Assembly (NCBI GenBank): GCA_036679085.1
Contig: JAZIGM010000005.1
Location: forward strand, 204,098-268,097
Source: Chloroflexota bacterium
GTDB taxonomy: Bacteria; Chloroflexota; Anaerolineae; Aggregatilineales; UBA3940
Length of the DNA: 64,000 nt
Direction of reading: 5' to 3'
Each line of letters begins with the position of its first letter. Within the stretch, counting starts at the first letter, position 1. The translations under genes and the position numbers were made by a program. Below, piece after piece: positions 8,270 through 16,874 of the stretch. Under the pieces are notes generated by a model that was given only the letters and a program-made list of their open reading frames with translations, was not told where the DNA came from and did not search any database.

Positions 8270-9085
8270 GTGATAGAACTCGATCCGACTACGGTTTTCT
8301 CACTCATCATCGGGCTGCCGCTGCTGTTGATTCTCGGCATGGGGGCCACCATCGGCCTGGTGATGTGGTTCCTCGACCGGCAGGTGCGGCAGGCCCGTGC
8401 CCAGGCAGCTCAGCGAGCCGCCGCACCCGCCACGGAGCGTCGTAAAGCGCGCAGCGGGGGCGGCGGTGGGCCGCGCCTGGCGACGTCGCCCATCACGCGC
8501 ATGGTCACCGCCGAGGGTGTGGTTGAAGCCGCACCGTCGATGGGCCTGGCGATGAACAAGCTCGGCATGTGGATCTTCCTCGCGTCCGAGGTCATGTTCT
8601 TTACCGCGCTGATCGCCACCTTCGTGAGCTTCCGCGTACGCGGGATGATGGACATCCCCGGGGAGGCGCTCAACGTACCGTTGGCGGCGGTCAACACCTT
8701 TATCCTGATCGTCAGCAGCTTTACGGTGGTGATGGCACTGGAGTCCGTGCAGGATGGGCGCGAAGGCCGCTTCATCCTGTTCCTGCTGGCGACGCTGGCG
8801 CTCGGTTCCGTGTTCATCGGCATCCAGGGCATCGAGTGGTCCGAGTTGTTCCAGCACGGGGTCACGCCGTCGTCCGACACCTTCGGTACAGCCTTCTTCG
8901 TGCTGACCGGCTTCCACGGGATGCACGTCATCATCGGGCTGCTGTGGCTCCTGTTTGCCCTGCTCAAAGCCTTCCGGGGTGACTTCACGCGGGAGAACAA
9001 CCTGGGCATCGAGCTGTTTGGTCTGTACTGGCACTTCGTAGATATCGTGTGGATTATCCTCTTCACGATCATCTACCTGATCTGA
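8270..9085 (+). CDS. ctaE: Cytochrome c oxidase subunit III with an extra N-terminal TM helix and a basic/Gly-rich linker
   Basis: GTG start with AGGAGG upstream. Subunit III core motifs are present (MWIFLASEVMFF, FFVLTGFHGMHVIIG). The first ~95 aa (TM helix plus RKARSGGGGGPR linker) lie outside the usual core. Confidence 0.9.
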   Translation: MIELDPTTVFSLIIGLPLLLILGMGATIGLVMWFLDRQVRQARAQAAQRAAAPATERRKARSGGGGGPRLATSPITRMVTAEGVVEAAPSMGLAMNKLGMWIFLASEVMFFTALIATFVSFRVRGMMDIPGEALNVPLAAVNTFILIVSSFTVVMALESVQDGREGRFILFLLATLALGSVFIGIQGIEWSELFQHGVTPSSDTFGTAFFVLTGFHGMHVIIGLLWLLFALLKAFRGDFTRENNLGIELFGLYWHFVDIVWIILFTIIYLI

Positions 9086-9106
9086 CGCCAGGAGGAGAGA
9101 GATAGC

Positions 9107-9391
9107 ATGGAACATACCGAGGAGAAAGTGCAGGCACACGTCGAGGAACACAAACGGCCAAACTACTTCCTCGTCTTCCTGGCGCTGGCCGCGCTGACTC
9201 TCGCCGAGGTCGGCGTGACCTTCCTCAACATCCCGCAGATACCGATCCTGGCGGCGCTCGCCAGCGCCAAGATCGTGCTCGTGGCGATGTTCTACATGCA
9301 CTTGAAGACGGACAGCAAGTGGTTCACGTACATCTTCCTCGTCCCGATCCCGTTTGTCGTGCTGATCATCGCATCGCTGCTGGTCTACTAG
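9107..9391 (+). CDS. ctaF: Cytochrome c oxidase subunit IV (bacterial caa3/CtaF-type)
   Basis: AGGAGG RBS. Membrane protein with KIVLVAMFYMHLK, typical of prokaryotic COX4. Confidence 0.85.
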   Translation: MEHTEEKVQAHVEEHKRPNYFLVFLALAALTLAEVGVTFLNIPQIPILAALASAKIVLVAMFYMHLKTDSKWFTYIFLVPIPFVVLIIASLLVY

Positions 9392-9412
9392 GGCCAAAGG
9401 CTGGACTATAAT

Positions 9413-9446
9413 AAAAAAACGGCTGCTCACGGGGGCAGCCGTTTTT
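9413..9446. terminator. Bidirectional rho-independent terminator between ctaF (+) and ygfZ (-)
   Basis: A7, then cggctgc, 8 nt loop, gcagccg, then T5. Confidence 0.8.
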
Positions 9447-9462
9447 GCTTCTCCTTGGCTGT

Positions 9463-10458
9463 TTATGCCGTGCTGAAGGGCAGCGCGCTGACCGTCGCCC
9501 CGACCTCACCGCTCGCGGTCTGCACGGCGACCTCGCTGCCCGGCTCGTGGTGAGGCCGCCTGACAACCGCCAGCGCGATCCAGCCGTGCTCCGGCGAGAG
9601 CACCACCGACGTGACCGTCCCCGCCGGGCGGCCCTCGGCGCGGACCGCGCTCCCCGCCGGGGCAGGCTCCTTCAGCCGCAGGCCCACAAGCTGCCGGCTC
9701 ACCTTGTCGTAGTTGATCTGCCGGGCGAGCACTTCCTGCCCGGTGTAACAGCCCTTGCTCGTCGAGACGGTGTACGCAAGCCCCGTCTCCAGCGGCGTGA
9801 AGTCCTCGGTCAGTTCCGCGCCGGGTGCGGGCAGCCCCGCCTCGACGCGCAGCACATCATACGCCTCTTCACCGAGCAGTACCGCGCCCGCGTCGAGCAG
9901 CGCCCGCTCAACATCCGCGCCGTGCCCGGTGGGTGCGAGCAGCCAGTAGCCGACCCCGGCAAGGCCCTTCCGCCCGAACACTGTCAGCGGCGCACCACCG
10001 ACGCGAGTATCAACCCGCTCCCCCTCCCCCGGCGCGCGCTCAAGGCCGATCTGTGTCAGCAGGTCGCCGGCCTGCGGGCCGTCCAGATCGAACTGCGAGA
10101 ACTCGGCGCTGGCGTCCTCGACCGTCACTTTATCCATGAAGAAGATCTTGCCGCGCAGGTAAGCCGCCAGCGCCTCGCCGCCCGCCACCGTGACGAGCGC
10201 GAGATGCTCCAGCTCCTGCAGCATGGTGAAGGCGTGCAGGATGCGCGCCGTCGGCGAGGCGAGCACGTTGACGAGCGCCTTGCCCGACCCCAGCAGCCGC
10301 ACGTCGTTCGTCGTTTGCCGCTGCATGAAGTCGGTGCGGTCCTCACCGCCGACCCGCACATACCCCGCATCCGGCAACGGCCTGAAGGCCGCCCCCTCAC
10401 GCGCCGCGCGGTAGCCTTCACCCAGCCTGGCTTCCATCTCCATCGTTATGCTCCCCAT
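9463..10458 (-). CDS. ygfZ: Folate-binding YgfZ / GcvT-like aminomethyltransferase-family protein
   Basis: KGCYTGQE signature (TSKGCYTGQEVLAR) and GcvT-like fold features. The start may instead be the ATG at 10443 (better SD spacing). Confidence 0.85.
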   Translation of the reverse strand: MGSITMEMEARLGEGYRAAREGAAFRPLPDAGYVRVGGEDRTDFMQRQTTNDVRLLGSGKALVNVLASPTARILHAFTMLQELEHLALVTVAGGEALAAYLRGKIFFMDKVTVEDASAEFSQFDLDGPQAGDLLTQIGLERAPGEGERVDTRVGGAPLTVFGRKGLAGVGYWLLAPTGHGADVERALLDAGAVLLGEEAYDVLRVEAGLPAPGAELTEDFTPLETGLAYTVSTSKGCYTGQEVLARQINYDKVSRQLVGLRLKEPAPAGSAVRAEGRPAGTVTSVVLSPEHGWIALAVVRRPHHEPGSEVAVQTASGEVGATVSALPFSTA

Positions 10459-10464
10459 ACCGCA

Positions 10465-11613
10465 TCAGATTAACTCCCAGGGCGCGACCTGCTCCCGCCC
10501 GTTCAGACTCTCGTAGATCGCTTCAGCATCGCCGGGGAACACGTCTGCCCAGGCACGTATCATCCCGAAGCACCCGGCGATCATCATGTCACCGTAGGGC
10601 ACGGCGAGATACGTCGGCAGCGACGAGCGGTGCATCAGGCTGCGGCGCGGCCCGGTCACCGCGACGAAGTCGAGCGGCACCGGCTCGCGCTCGTAGACCA
10701 GCGCCCCGTGCCCCATATCACCGAACACATCCTCATGCGTGAGCGTGGCATCCGCCAGCGCCGCGATCAGCCGGTCGAGCTTGGGCGCGTCCAGAAAGCC
10801 GGTGTGGTGCTCGAACACCCCGCCGATCCCGTCCGGCCTCAGCCGGAAGGCCAGCGTGTGGAAGTTGCCCACGTTCGTCACGAGCACCTGGTCCCGCTCG
10901 CCCACGCGCGGGTCGAGCGTCGCGCCGAGCACCGCCGCCGGGGCGCTGTCCATCACCATGAGCGGCACGCCATCGGGCAGCCCGGTAGCGCGGGCGCTCA
11001 CCTCGACCGACCGCAGCCGCGTCATGATCTCCGGTGCCTCGCCCGCCGGGAACGCAAACGCCGAGAGCCGGTTGTGCGCGCGGATGCGCTCGTCGAGGTA
11101 GTCGAAGCGGAACTGCCGGTCGGACACATCCGGCGGGGCCGCGCCGTGGTCGAACACCGAGACCGCCACGCCCTCCGGCGGGAAGTCCACACCGAACCCC
11201 TCGAACGCCCGCGCGATCATGCCGTAGTCGAAGTCGTGCAGTTCCAGGTGCAGCAGGTCGGAGCGGGTGCAGCGGAGCGCCCGCGCCTCATCCTCGCTGA
11301 TCACCTCAATGCCCAGCTCGCGCACCGCATCGAGGTTGTCGTCGAAGGTGCGGGCGGCGTCGGGCGTGGCGAAAACCTCGTTCCCTGCCGCCGCGTGATC
11401 CCGCACCGCCCACGCGGACGGACCGCCGCCCATCGTCACGCCGGTGAGCAGCAGCGGCGCCCCACCCCGCCGGGTCGCCGCCGTGACGGTGCGGGCGACC
11501 ATCATCGTGGGCGAGGGCATGACGAGCTTGAAGCAGTTCTCCGGCTGGAGGTCGGTGTCAAACAGCAGGATGTCCTGCGTGCCGGTGCCTACGTCTACGG
11601 CCAGAATACGCAT
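10465..11613 (-). CDS. DUF1786-family protein (actin-like ATPase fold predicted)
   Basis: N-terminus MRILAVDVGTGTQDILLF resembles an ASKHA phosphate-1 motif. The overall sequence recalls DUF1786. The stop is 6 nt upstream of ygfZ. Confidence 0.6.
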   Translation of the reverse strand: MRILAVDVGTGTQDILLFDTDLQPENCFKLVMPSPTMMVARTVTAATRRGGAPLLLTGVTMGGGPSAWAVRDHAAAGNEVFATPDAARTFDDNLDAVRELGIEVISEDEARALRCTRSDLLHLELHDFDYGMIARAFEGFGVDFPPEGVAVSVFDHGAAPPDVSDRQFRFDYLDERIRAHNRLSAFAFPAGEAPEIMTRLRSVEVSARATGLPDGVPLMVMDSAPAAVLGATLDPRVGERDQVLVTNVGNFHTLAFRLRPDGIGGVFEHHTGFLDAPKLDRLIAALADATLTHEDVFGDMGHGALVYEREPVPLDFVAVTGPRRSLMHRSSLPTYLAVPYGDMMIAGCFGMIRAWADVFPGDAEAIYESLNGREQVAPWELI

Positions 11614-11672
11614 GAGATGACCTTGTCCTGTGCTGGTGTTTTTGCTGAGCGGTGTCTTGTTTAATCAGGCAG

Positions 11673-11681
11673 ATTATACCA
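11673..11681 (-). promoter_or_regulatory. Candidate extended -10 promoter (TGgTATAAT) for the DUF1786-ygfZ operon
   Basis: The minus strand reads gtgTGGTATAATctg. The -35 box is weak. Confidence 0.4.
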
Positions 11682-11796
11682 CACGGGCGCAGGCTTTCAG
11701 CCCGGCGGGGGAGATGCCTTGCGCGGTGCGGCTTTTCGCATACCATACAACCTCACAGGGCCGATTTATCCCCGTTATGCGTGAGAGGTTCCCACT

Positions 11797-12687
11797 ATGT
11801 CCGAATTTCGATCCGACGTCCTAGACCTCAGCGACCTCACCGACCGCAAAATACTCCTCAGGCCATCGAATCTCCTATCACGCATACTCCAGCGGCTTCG
11901 CTGGTTTTTCGCATCCGGCACGCGCCTGATCGCCCTGCTCCTGCTTGCCATCGGGCTGCCGGGCGTCATGCTCCCATCCGGGCTGGCGCGCTCCTACACA
12001 GCGATCAGCCCGGCGCTTGTCGCCGTGGGGCTGGCCGTGCTCCTGCTCGACACGGCAAACGAACTCCGCGCCGAGCGGGAGCGGAAGGCGGAATGGATCG
12101 TGCAGATGGGCAGCCCTGACAATGCATTCGCTGTCGAGGCGGCCCGCCAGCTCAGGGCGCGTGGCTGGCTGGAAGACGGGTCGCTGCGGGGGGCGCGCCT
12201 TCTGGGCGCCAACCTGCAGAGGGCAGACCTCGTCGGTGCGGATCTGCAAGGGGCAAGCATCTGGAATGCTAACCTAGAGGGGGCGGAGTTCCGGGGAGCC
12301 AGCCTACAGGGGGCGTTCTTCACAGGCTCCAACCTGCAAGGGGCGGACTTCAGGAACGCCAATCTGCAAGAGGGGAGCCTCCAGAACGCTAACCTGCAGG
12401 GCGCGAACTTCGAAGAAGCCAACCTGCACCGGGTGGACCTGCTTGAAGCGAACCTGCAGGGGGCAAACCTGCGTCACGCCAACCTGCGAGTGGTGCGCCT
12501 CTGGGCTGCCAACCTGCAGGGGGCGGACCTTTCGCACGCCGACCTGCACGGGGCGCTGTGCCTCGCACCTGAGCAGCTTCGGCAGGCCGGGACTCTTCAA
12601 GGGGCAACCCTGCCCGATGGCACGAAGCTCCCTGACGACGACACCTGGCGCTCTGCCTTCGAGGATGGGGCGAGACAGTCGAGGTAG
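11797..12687 (+). CDS. Membrane-anchored pentapeptide-repeat protein
   Basis: N-terminal TM helices followed by about 25 consecutive A(N/D)LxG-type pentapeptides (ANLQGADL, ANLQGANF ...). Confidence 0.9.
   Translation: MSEFRSDVLDLSDLTDRKILLRPSNLLSRILQRLRWFFASGTRLIALLLLAIGLPGVMLPSGLARSYTAISPALVAVGLAVLLLDTANELRAERERKAEWIVQMGSPDNAFAVEAARQLRARGWLEDGSLRGARLLGANLQRADLVGADLQGASIWNANLEGAEFRGASLQGAFFTGSNLQGADFRNANLQEGSLQNANLQGANFEEANLHRVDLLEANLQGANLRHANLRVVRLWAANLQGADLSHADLHGALCLAPEQLRQAGTLQGATLPDGTKLPDDDTWRSAFEDGARQSR
12190..12565 (+). repeat. Degenerate tandem 15-nt (pentapeptide-coding) DNA repeats inside the CDS
   Basis: Recurrent gccaacctgcagggggc(g/a)(g/a)ac units, read directly. Confidence 0.85.
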
Positions 12688-12734
12688 ATGAAATCGGCCA
12701 CATCGTGCCCGCGCCGCCTGAGGATTAGGTCCCC

Positions 12735-12762
12735 AAACAAAAAGCCCGCCGCAATGGCGGGC
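12735..12762 (-). terminator. Rho-independent terminator after tRNA-Arg
   Basis: On the minus strand: gcccgcc, attgc, ggcgggc, followed by TTTTTGTTT. Confidence 0.75.
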
Positions 12763-12769
12763 CTCTCAG

Positions 12770-12842
12770 CACCCCCGACAGGACTCGAACCTGTAACCTA
12801 CGGTTTAGAAGACCGTTGCTCTATCCTTTGAGCTACGGGGGC
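12770..12842 (-). tRNA. tRNA-Arg (anticodon TCT)
   Basis: The reverse complement folds as a cloverleaf: acceptor GCCCCCG/CGGGGGT, anticodon arm ACGGT-CTTCTAA-ACCGT, T arm with GGTTCGAGTCC. No encoded CCA. Confidence 0.9.
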
Positions 12843-12876
12843 GGGTTGGCGGCGCACCGGCGCGCCGCCACGTTGC

Positions 12877-12905
12877 ATTCTAGCCAACGCCGCGCCGACC
12901 GTCAA
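12877..12905 (-). promoter_or_regulatory. Promoter of tRNA-Arg
   Basis: On the minus strand: TTGACG, 17 nt spacer, TAGAAT. Located about 35 nt upstream of the tRNA 5' end, with a GC leader hairpin in between. Confidence 0.6.
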
Positions 12906-12944
12906 GCATCCGGCCATCGAATCGGCGTTAGAAACCGTGCCGCT

Positions 12945-13364
12945 CTACGCCTCGCCACGCAGCGCCGACGCCACCCGCTGCAGGCGCTCATTCGCTTCCA
13001 GCGCGACCGCGCGCACCTCGGCATTCTCGCCCAGGTCGCCCACGGCCAGCATCGCAAACGGGTTCACCAGCCGGACCCGCGCACCCTCCCCCGCCTGCTC
13101 GACGGTGACGTTGCACGGCAGCAGCGCGCCGATCCTCGGCTCCGCCTCCAGCGCGCGGTGCGCGAGCGGCGGGTTGCACGCCCCGAGGATCACGTACGGG
13201 CGGAAGTCCGCGCCGAGCTTCTCTTTGAGCGTCGCCTTCACGTCGATGCGCGTCAGCACGCCAAATCCCTCGCTCTTCAGCGCCGTGGTGACGGTCTCCA
13301 CCGCCTGCTCGTACGGCTCTCGCAGGTCCACCTCGTAAGCCAGTTCTGAAACGCTCTCAGCCAT
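12945..13364 (-). CDS. DUF302 domain protein
   Basis: ORF 12945..13385 trimmed to the second ATG (MAESVSE...), which has AAGGAG 6 nt upstream. Contains VLTRIDVKATLKEKLG...YVILGACNP, typical of DUF302. Confidence 0.8.
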   Translation of the reverse strand: MAESVSELAYEVDLREPYEQAVETVTTALKSEGFGVLTRIDVKATLKEKLGADFRPYVILGACNPPLAHRALEAEPRIGALLPCNVTVEQAGEGARVRLVNPFAMLAVGDLGENAEVRAVALEANERLQRVASALRGEA

Positions 13365-13499
13365 TGCTGTCTCCTTTGCGCTCATGCATCCGTATCATGC
13401 AAAACGCCAAGCTATCGTCAAGCTCAGCGTTCTGAAGGTTCAGGTATTTGGATGCACGCGCGGGCAGGCAGGTTTCAGCCGGCGGTGGGCTGGTCGCCG

Positions 13500-13946
13500 C
13501 TACTCCTCATCTTCGACCGGGCGCAGCCCCTTGTACACACGCGGCCCGGAGAGCGTCCGCAGGATCATCTCGGCGGGGCGGCCCGTGCGCTCCGCCAACT
13601 CGACGGGCGTCATCGGGCGGTTGCCGGAGGCCAGCAGCGTGCGGAACACGGCCTCGGTCAGCGGGATGCGCTCGTTGACAAACTCAGGGTTGCGGCTGCA
13701 CTGGACGAGGAAGGCGTACATCATGCCGTCTACCTGCCGCACCTCCGCGGTGAGCGGGTCGACCCAGTCCACCATCATGCTGTCGTCGGCGTCGTCAAGC
13801 CCCTCCTCGCCGATCTCTGCACAGATCTGCCGCATGTCAACGCGGATGTCCTTGCCGGTCTGCTCCCACCAATCGTAATCAATGTGGAATCGTGTGTCCA
13901 TCGTTGGCCGGCTCAGTTTGGACGGTCTCGCAACGGGTCTAGGCAC
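13500..13946 (-). CDS. Hypothetical protein (148 aa); C-terminal part looks like a winged-helix domain
   Basis: GTG start with GGGAGGA about 9 nt upstream. Acidic middle region. Immediately downstream of the 532-aa gene on the same strand. Confidence 0.6.
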   Translation of the reverse strand: MPRPVARPSKLSRPTMDTRFHIDYDWWEQTGKDIRVDMRQICAEIGEEGLDDADDSMMVDWVDPLTAEVRQVDGMMYAFLVQCSRNPEFVNERIPLTEAVFRTLLASGNRPMTPVELAERTGRPAEMILRTLSGPRVYKGLRPVEDEE

Positions 13947-13990
13947 AGATGCTCATCCTCCCTCGGGCACATCAAAGCAGAAACAGGGAC

Positions 13991-15589
13991 TCACGCCTCG
14001 ACCTCAGCCCCCTGCCCTGCCAGCCGCCAGTAGGGGCCGCCGACGTGCTCGAAGGCCGGGGACAGGACGAGAAGCGCGAAAATGGGGCCGGGCGGGCAGC
14101 GGCGGATCAGGTTCACGGCGCTGTAGAGCGTCTTGGCATGGATGTTGTTCTGCGGGTTGTAGGCGGCCAGCGCCCGGGCAACGTCGATCACGACATCTTC
14201 GAGCGGCGGATCCTGCCGGCGTATCCGCTGCCAGAGCTGGTCAAGCGCCTCCGGGTCCTCCACGTCGATGAGCATCAACTCGTCGTACTCAGCCGCAATA
14301 GTCGTCTGGCGGTTGTCAAAGCGCAGCCGGTCATTCTCGACAACTGCCGTACGCACCCACTCGCGGCGCGGGTTGCGGCCCGCGTAGCTGAGTTTCACCT
14401 GCCCGCCGACGTCCATCGCTTCCACCGTCAGGTAGCCGCCCGTCGGCACGCCCTTCTCTTCAAACCAGTCGCCAAGCCCGTAGACGTAACCGCCGGGGCG
14501 CACCACCCAGGCGGGGATTTGCTCGCCGGTCTCCGCGTCGATGATCGTGAAGCGGACGCGCGGCGCCTCATACGCCGTCGGGAACATGCGGCGCAGCTTC
14601 TGGGACAGCGGCAGCGTGCCCGAGACGCGGTGCGGATAGGTCAGCGTCAGCGTCACGCGGCGCGGTACGCTGCCCCGCCGCAGCGGGATGTCCGAGTGCT
14701 CATCCTCGATTTCAAGCTCAAGTTGCTGGAGTTCGGGCGTCAGCACCTCGCGCGGGTAGTCGATCGGGTCGTAAATCAGGCGCTCCGGCGTGGTGCGGAC
14801 CCCATCCGGCTCCATGCGGACGAGGTACCACAGCACCTCACCCGCCGGGCCGACCTCGTCGAAGCGCTCGTCCTCCTGCAGCGCATAGTTCATCGAGAAT
14901 TCGGCCAGGCGCGGGTTGACGCCCTCCAGCATGCCAATCTGCTCGATGATCTCCGGCGTGGTCATCGGCCCGCCGCCGTTAATGTCGAGCACCGCCTCGG
15001 CCAGGTTGAGATGCCCGATGTTGACGTCCACGAGCAGCGACCGGGGGAACCAGCGCCCGGCCAGCCTCACAAGGTCATCGTGCTCGCTGAGCCGCTCGGC
15101 AATCGCATCCGCGACGTGCCCGCCGTACTCGATGAACAGCTCCTCCGGCGACATCAGATCGGCGGGCTCTTCCTCAAGCTCCTCTTCGATCTCGTTCAGC
15201 ACGTGGTCAGCTGTCAGCGCACTGGCGACGTTCACGGTGCGGCCCGTCTCAAGCTGGACGGTCAAAACAGTGAAGTCGCCGTAATCGGGGTTGTTCCCGG
15301 GGCGGGTCGCAATGACCTCACCCTGTGCCTGGTCAAACTGCGGGAATGTGAGGCGGTCCCCAACCTCATAGGTCTCTGCGGGCTTGTAGATGTTGCCGGG
15401 CTTCCGCTTACGGGCCAGTTCTTCCTCTTCCTGCTGCACGCGATAGCGGAACAGGTGCAGCGCCATTTCATCGGCTGACAGAGGGGTTTCACGCTCAAGG
15501 AGAACGTTAAAAAGGTAGTCGATATCATGCTGTTCAAGCTTGAAGTCTTCGACCCAGTAGGCTTCTGTCTGGGTTCGCCGCTTTAACAC
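13991..15589 (-). CDS. Hypothetical protein (532 aa), no domain recognised
   Basis: GTG start with GGAGG 9 nt upstream. Composition looks like a real protein throughout. Divergent from efp. Confidence 0.75.
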   Translation of the reverse strand: MLKRRTQTEAYWVEDFKLEQHDIDYLFNVLLERETPLSADEMALHLFRYRVQQEEEELARKRKPGNIYKPAETYEVGDRLTFPQFDQAQGEVIATRPGNNPDYGDFTVLTVQLETGRTVNVASALTADHVLNEIEEELEEEPADLMSPEELFIEYGGHVADAIAERLSEHDDLVRLAGRWFPRSLLVDVNIGHLNLAEAVLDINGGGPMTTPEIIEQIGMLEGVNPRLAEFSMNYALQEDERFDEVGPAGEVLWYLVRMEPDGVRTTPERLIYDPIDYPREVLTPELQQLELEIEDEHSDIPLRRGSVPRRVTLTLTYPHRVSGTLPLSQKLRRMFPTAYEAPRVRFTIIDAETGEQIPAWVVRPGGYVYGLGDWFEEKGVPTGGYLTVEAMDVGGQVKLSYAGRNPRREWVRTAVVENDRLRFDNRQTTIAAEYDELMLIDVEDPEALDQLWQRIRRQDPPLEDVVIDVARALAAYNPQNNIHAKTLYSAVNLIRRCPPGPIFALLVLSPAFEHVGGPYWRLAGQGAEVEA

Positions 15590-15684
15590 CTGAAACCGCC
15601 TCCGTCTCTTAATAGTTGGTGCCGCCCGTATTGAGGAAAAGGATCGACAACTTGTTCCGGGGTGTCTGCAACAGAACGCAGGTT

Positions 15685-15714
15685 ATTATACCGTACGGGC
15701 CAAGCGCGGTGCAA
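15685..15714 (-). promoter_or_regulatory. Candidate promoter for the 532-aa/148-aa operon
   Basis: On the minus strand: TTGCAC, 18 nt spacer, TATAAT. Confidence 0.5.
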
Positions 15715-15756
15715 TCCCGCCTGAGTCGAGTGTCACAGGCAAGCCCACCGGCTATT

Positions 15757-15786
15757 TTGCTGGTGATGTTCATCACACGATATAAT
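15757..15786 (+). promoter_or_regulatory. Candidate promoter of efp
   Basis: TTGCTG, 18 nt spacer, TATAAT. Confidence 0.55.
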
Positions 15787-15837
15787 CCCGCTGCGAATCG
15801 TACAAGACAGGAATACAGCAGAGGGTGGAAATAATCC

Positions 15838-16395
15838 ATGATTGATGTCAACGAACTCCGTCGCGGCGTAACCTTCACGGAGGGCGGGGAGCTTTACAAG
15901 GTGTTGGAGTACCACCACCACAAGCCGGGACGCGGCAAAGCAACCATCCGCGTGCAGGTTCGCAACCTTCGGACCGGAACGATCCGCGAGATGACGTTCA
16001 CCTCCGGCGACCGTGTCGAGGATATTCGCCTTGAGACGCGCCTTGTCGAGTACCTGTACCAGGACGGCGGCTTCCTGCACTTCATGGATGTCGAAACATA
16101 CGAGCAGCCGCACGTACCGGTAGAGGTCTTCGGTGACGACATCAAGTACCTGCAGCCGCAGCTTCAGTTGAAGCTCTCCTACTACGGCAGCGAGATCATC
16201 GACTACGAGCTGCCGGTCACAGTTGAGCAGGAAGTCACCGAGGCAGAAATGGCAATTGCAGGCGATACAGCTACCGGCGCGACCAAGCAGGTTACCACTG
16301 CCACCGGCCTCAAGGTAACGGTGCCGCTCTTCGTGCAGGTTGGCGACGTAATTCGCATCGATACCCGCACCGGGGAGTACCTCACCCGCGTTTAG
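15838..16395 (+). CDS. efp: Translation elongation factor P
   Basis: Alignable along its full length to EF-P by eye (KPGRGKA loop; VPLFVQVGDVIRIDTRTGEYLTRV C-terminus). Confidence 0.97.
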   Translation: MIDVNELRRGVTFTEGGELYKVLEYHHHKPGRGKATIRVQVRNLRTGTIREMTFTSGDRVEDIRLETRLVEYLYQDGGFLHFMDVETYEQPHVPVEVFGDDIKYLQPQLQLKLSYYGSEIIDYELPVTVEQEVTEAEMAIAGDTATGATKQVTTATGLKVTVPLFVQVGDVIRIDTRTGEYLTRV

Positions 16396-16415
16396 GCAGA
16401 TTGGCCAGCCGCCTG

Positions 16416-16449
16416 CGCCCCTGGCAGCCAACCAGGGGCGATTGTTTAT
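16416..16449 (+). terminator. Rho-independent terminator after efp
   Basis: cgcccctgg, cagccaa, ccaggggcg, followed by ATTGTTTAT. Confidence 0.75.
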
Positions 16450-16462
16450 GCCGCGCCCGGCG

Positions 16463-16491
16463 GTGCAATCTACTGTGCGATGCACTATAAT
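16463..16491 (+). promoter_or_regulatory. Candidate promoter for the Cys-rich/HAD-DinB operon
   Basis: GTGCAA, 17 nt spacer, TATAAT. Confidence 0.4.
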
Positions 16492-16523
16492 CGGCGCGTA
16501 CACTGGTCTGGGAACAACCCATC

Positions 16524-16874
16524 ATGCGAACACCTGCGGGCAAAGAGTGTAAATTCTACTACGAGGACTTCCACCGGGGCCGGAACCGGCAGGAGTGCCG
16601 GCTTATCGGGCGGGCGACAGGCAACAAAGCATGGCATCCGCGTGACTGTGAGAGTTGCCCGGTGCCCGGCATCCTGTATGCTAACGCCAGCCCTCACCTG
16701 GAACTTGAAGCCGAGATCAAGCCCGGCTTTCTGGGTTTCGGGCGGCACGTCGAGGTGCGGGCAACCTGCGCCAAGCACGACATCGAGATTGAGGACCCGT
16801 ACATCGGCTGCGCACAGTGCACCGCCGAGCGCCCCGGGCTGTCCATCTTCTTCACGAACGAGGGCGATGAATGA
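16524..16874 (+). CDS. Cysteine-rich hypothetical protein (putative zinc-ribbon)
   Basis: Contains CxxC pairs (CESC, CAQC) plus additional Cys residues. Its stop overlaps the next start (ATGA at 16871-16874). Confidence 0.6.
   Translation: MRTPAGKECKFYYEDFHRGRNRQECRLIGRATGNKAWHPRDCESCPVPGILYANASPHLELEAEIKPGFLGFGRHVEVRATCAKHDIEIEDPYIGCAQCTAERPGLSIFFTNEGDE

Noticed and set aside
12190-12565. Regularly spaced short DNA repeats that at first glance resemble an array.
   Set aside because: The period is 15 nt with no spacers, and the repeats lie entirely inside an ORF encoding pentapeptide repeats. This is not a CRISPR array or a non-coding tandem repeat.
12735-12905. tRNA-Arg (and tRNA-Leu at 25483-25564) as possible genomic-island integration sites.
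   Set aside because: There is no integrase, no duplicated tRNA 3' segment (att-like direct repeat) nearby, and the flanking genes are ordinary housekeeping genes of similar composition.
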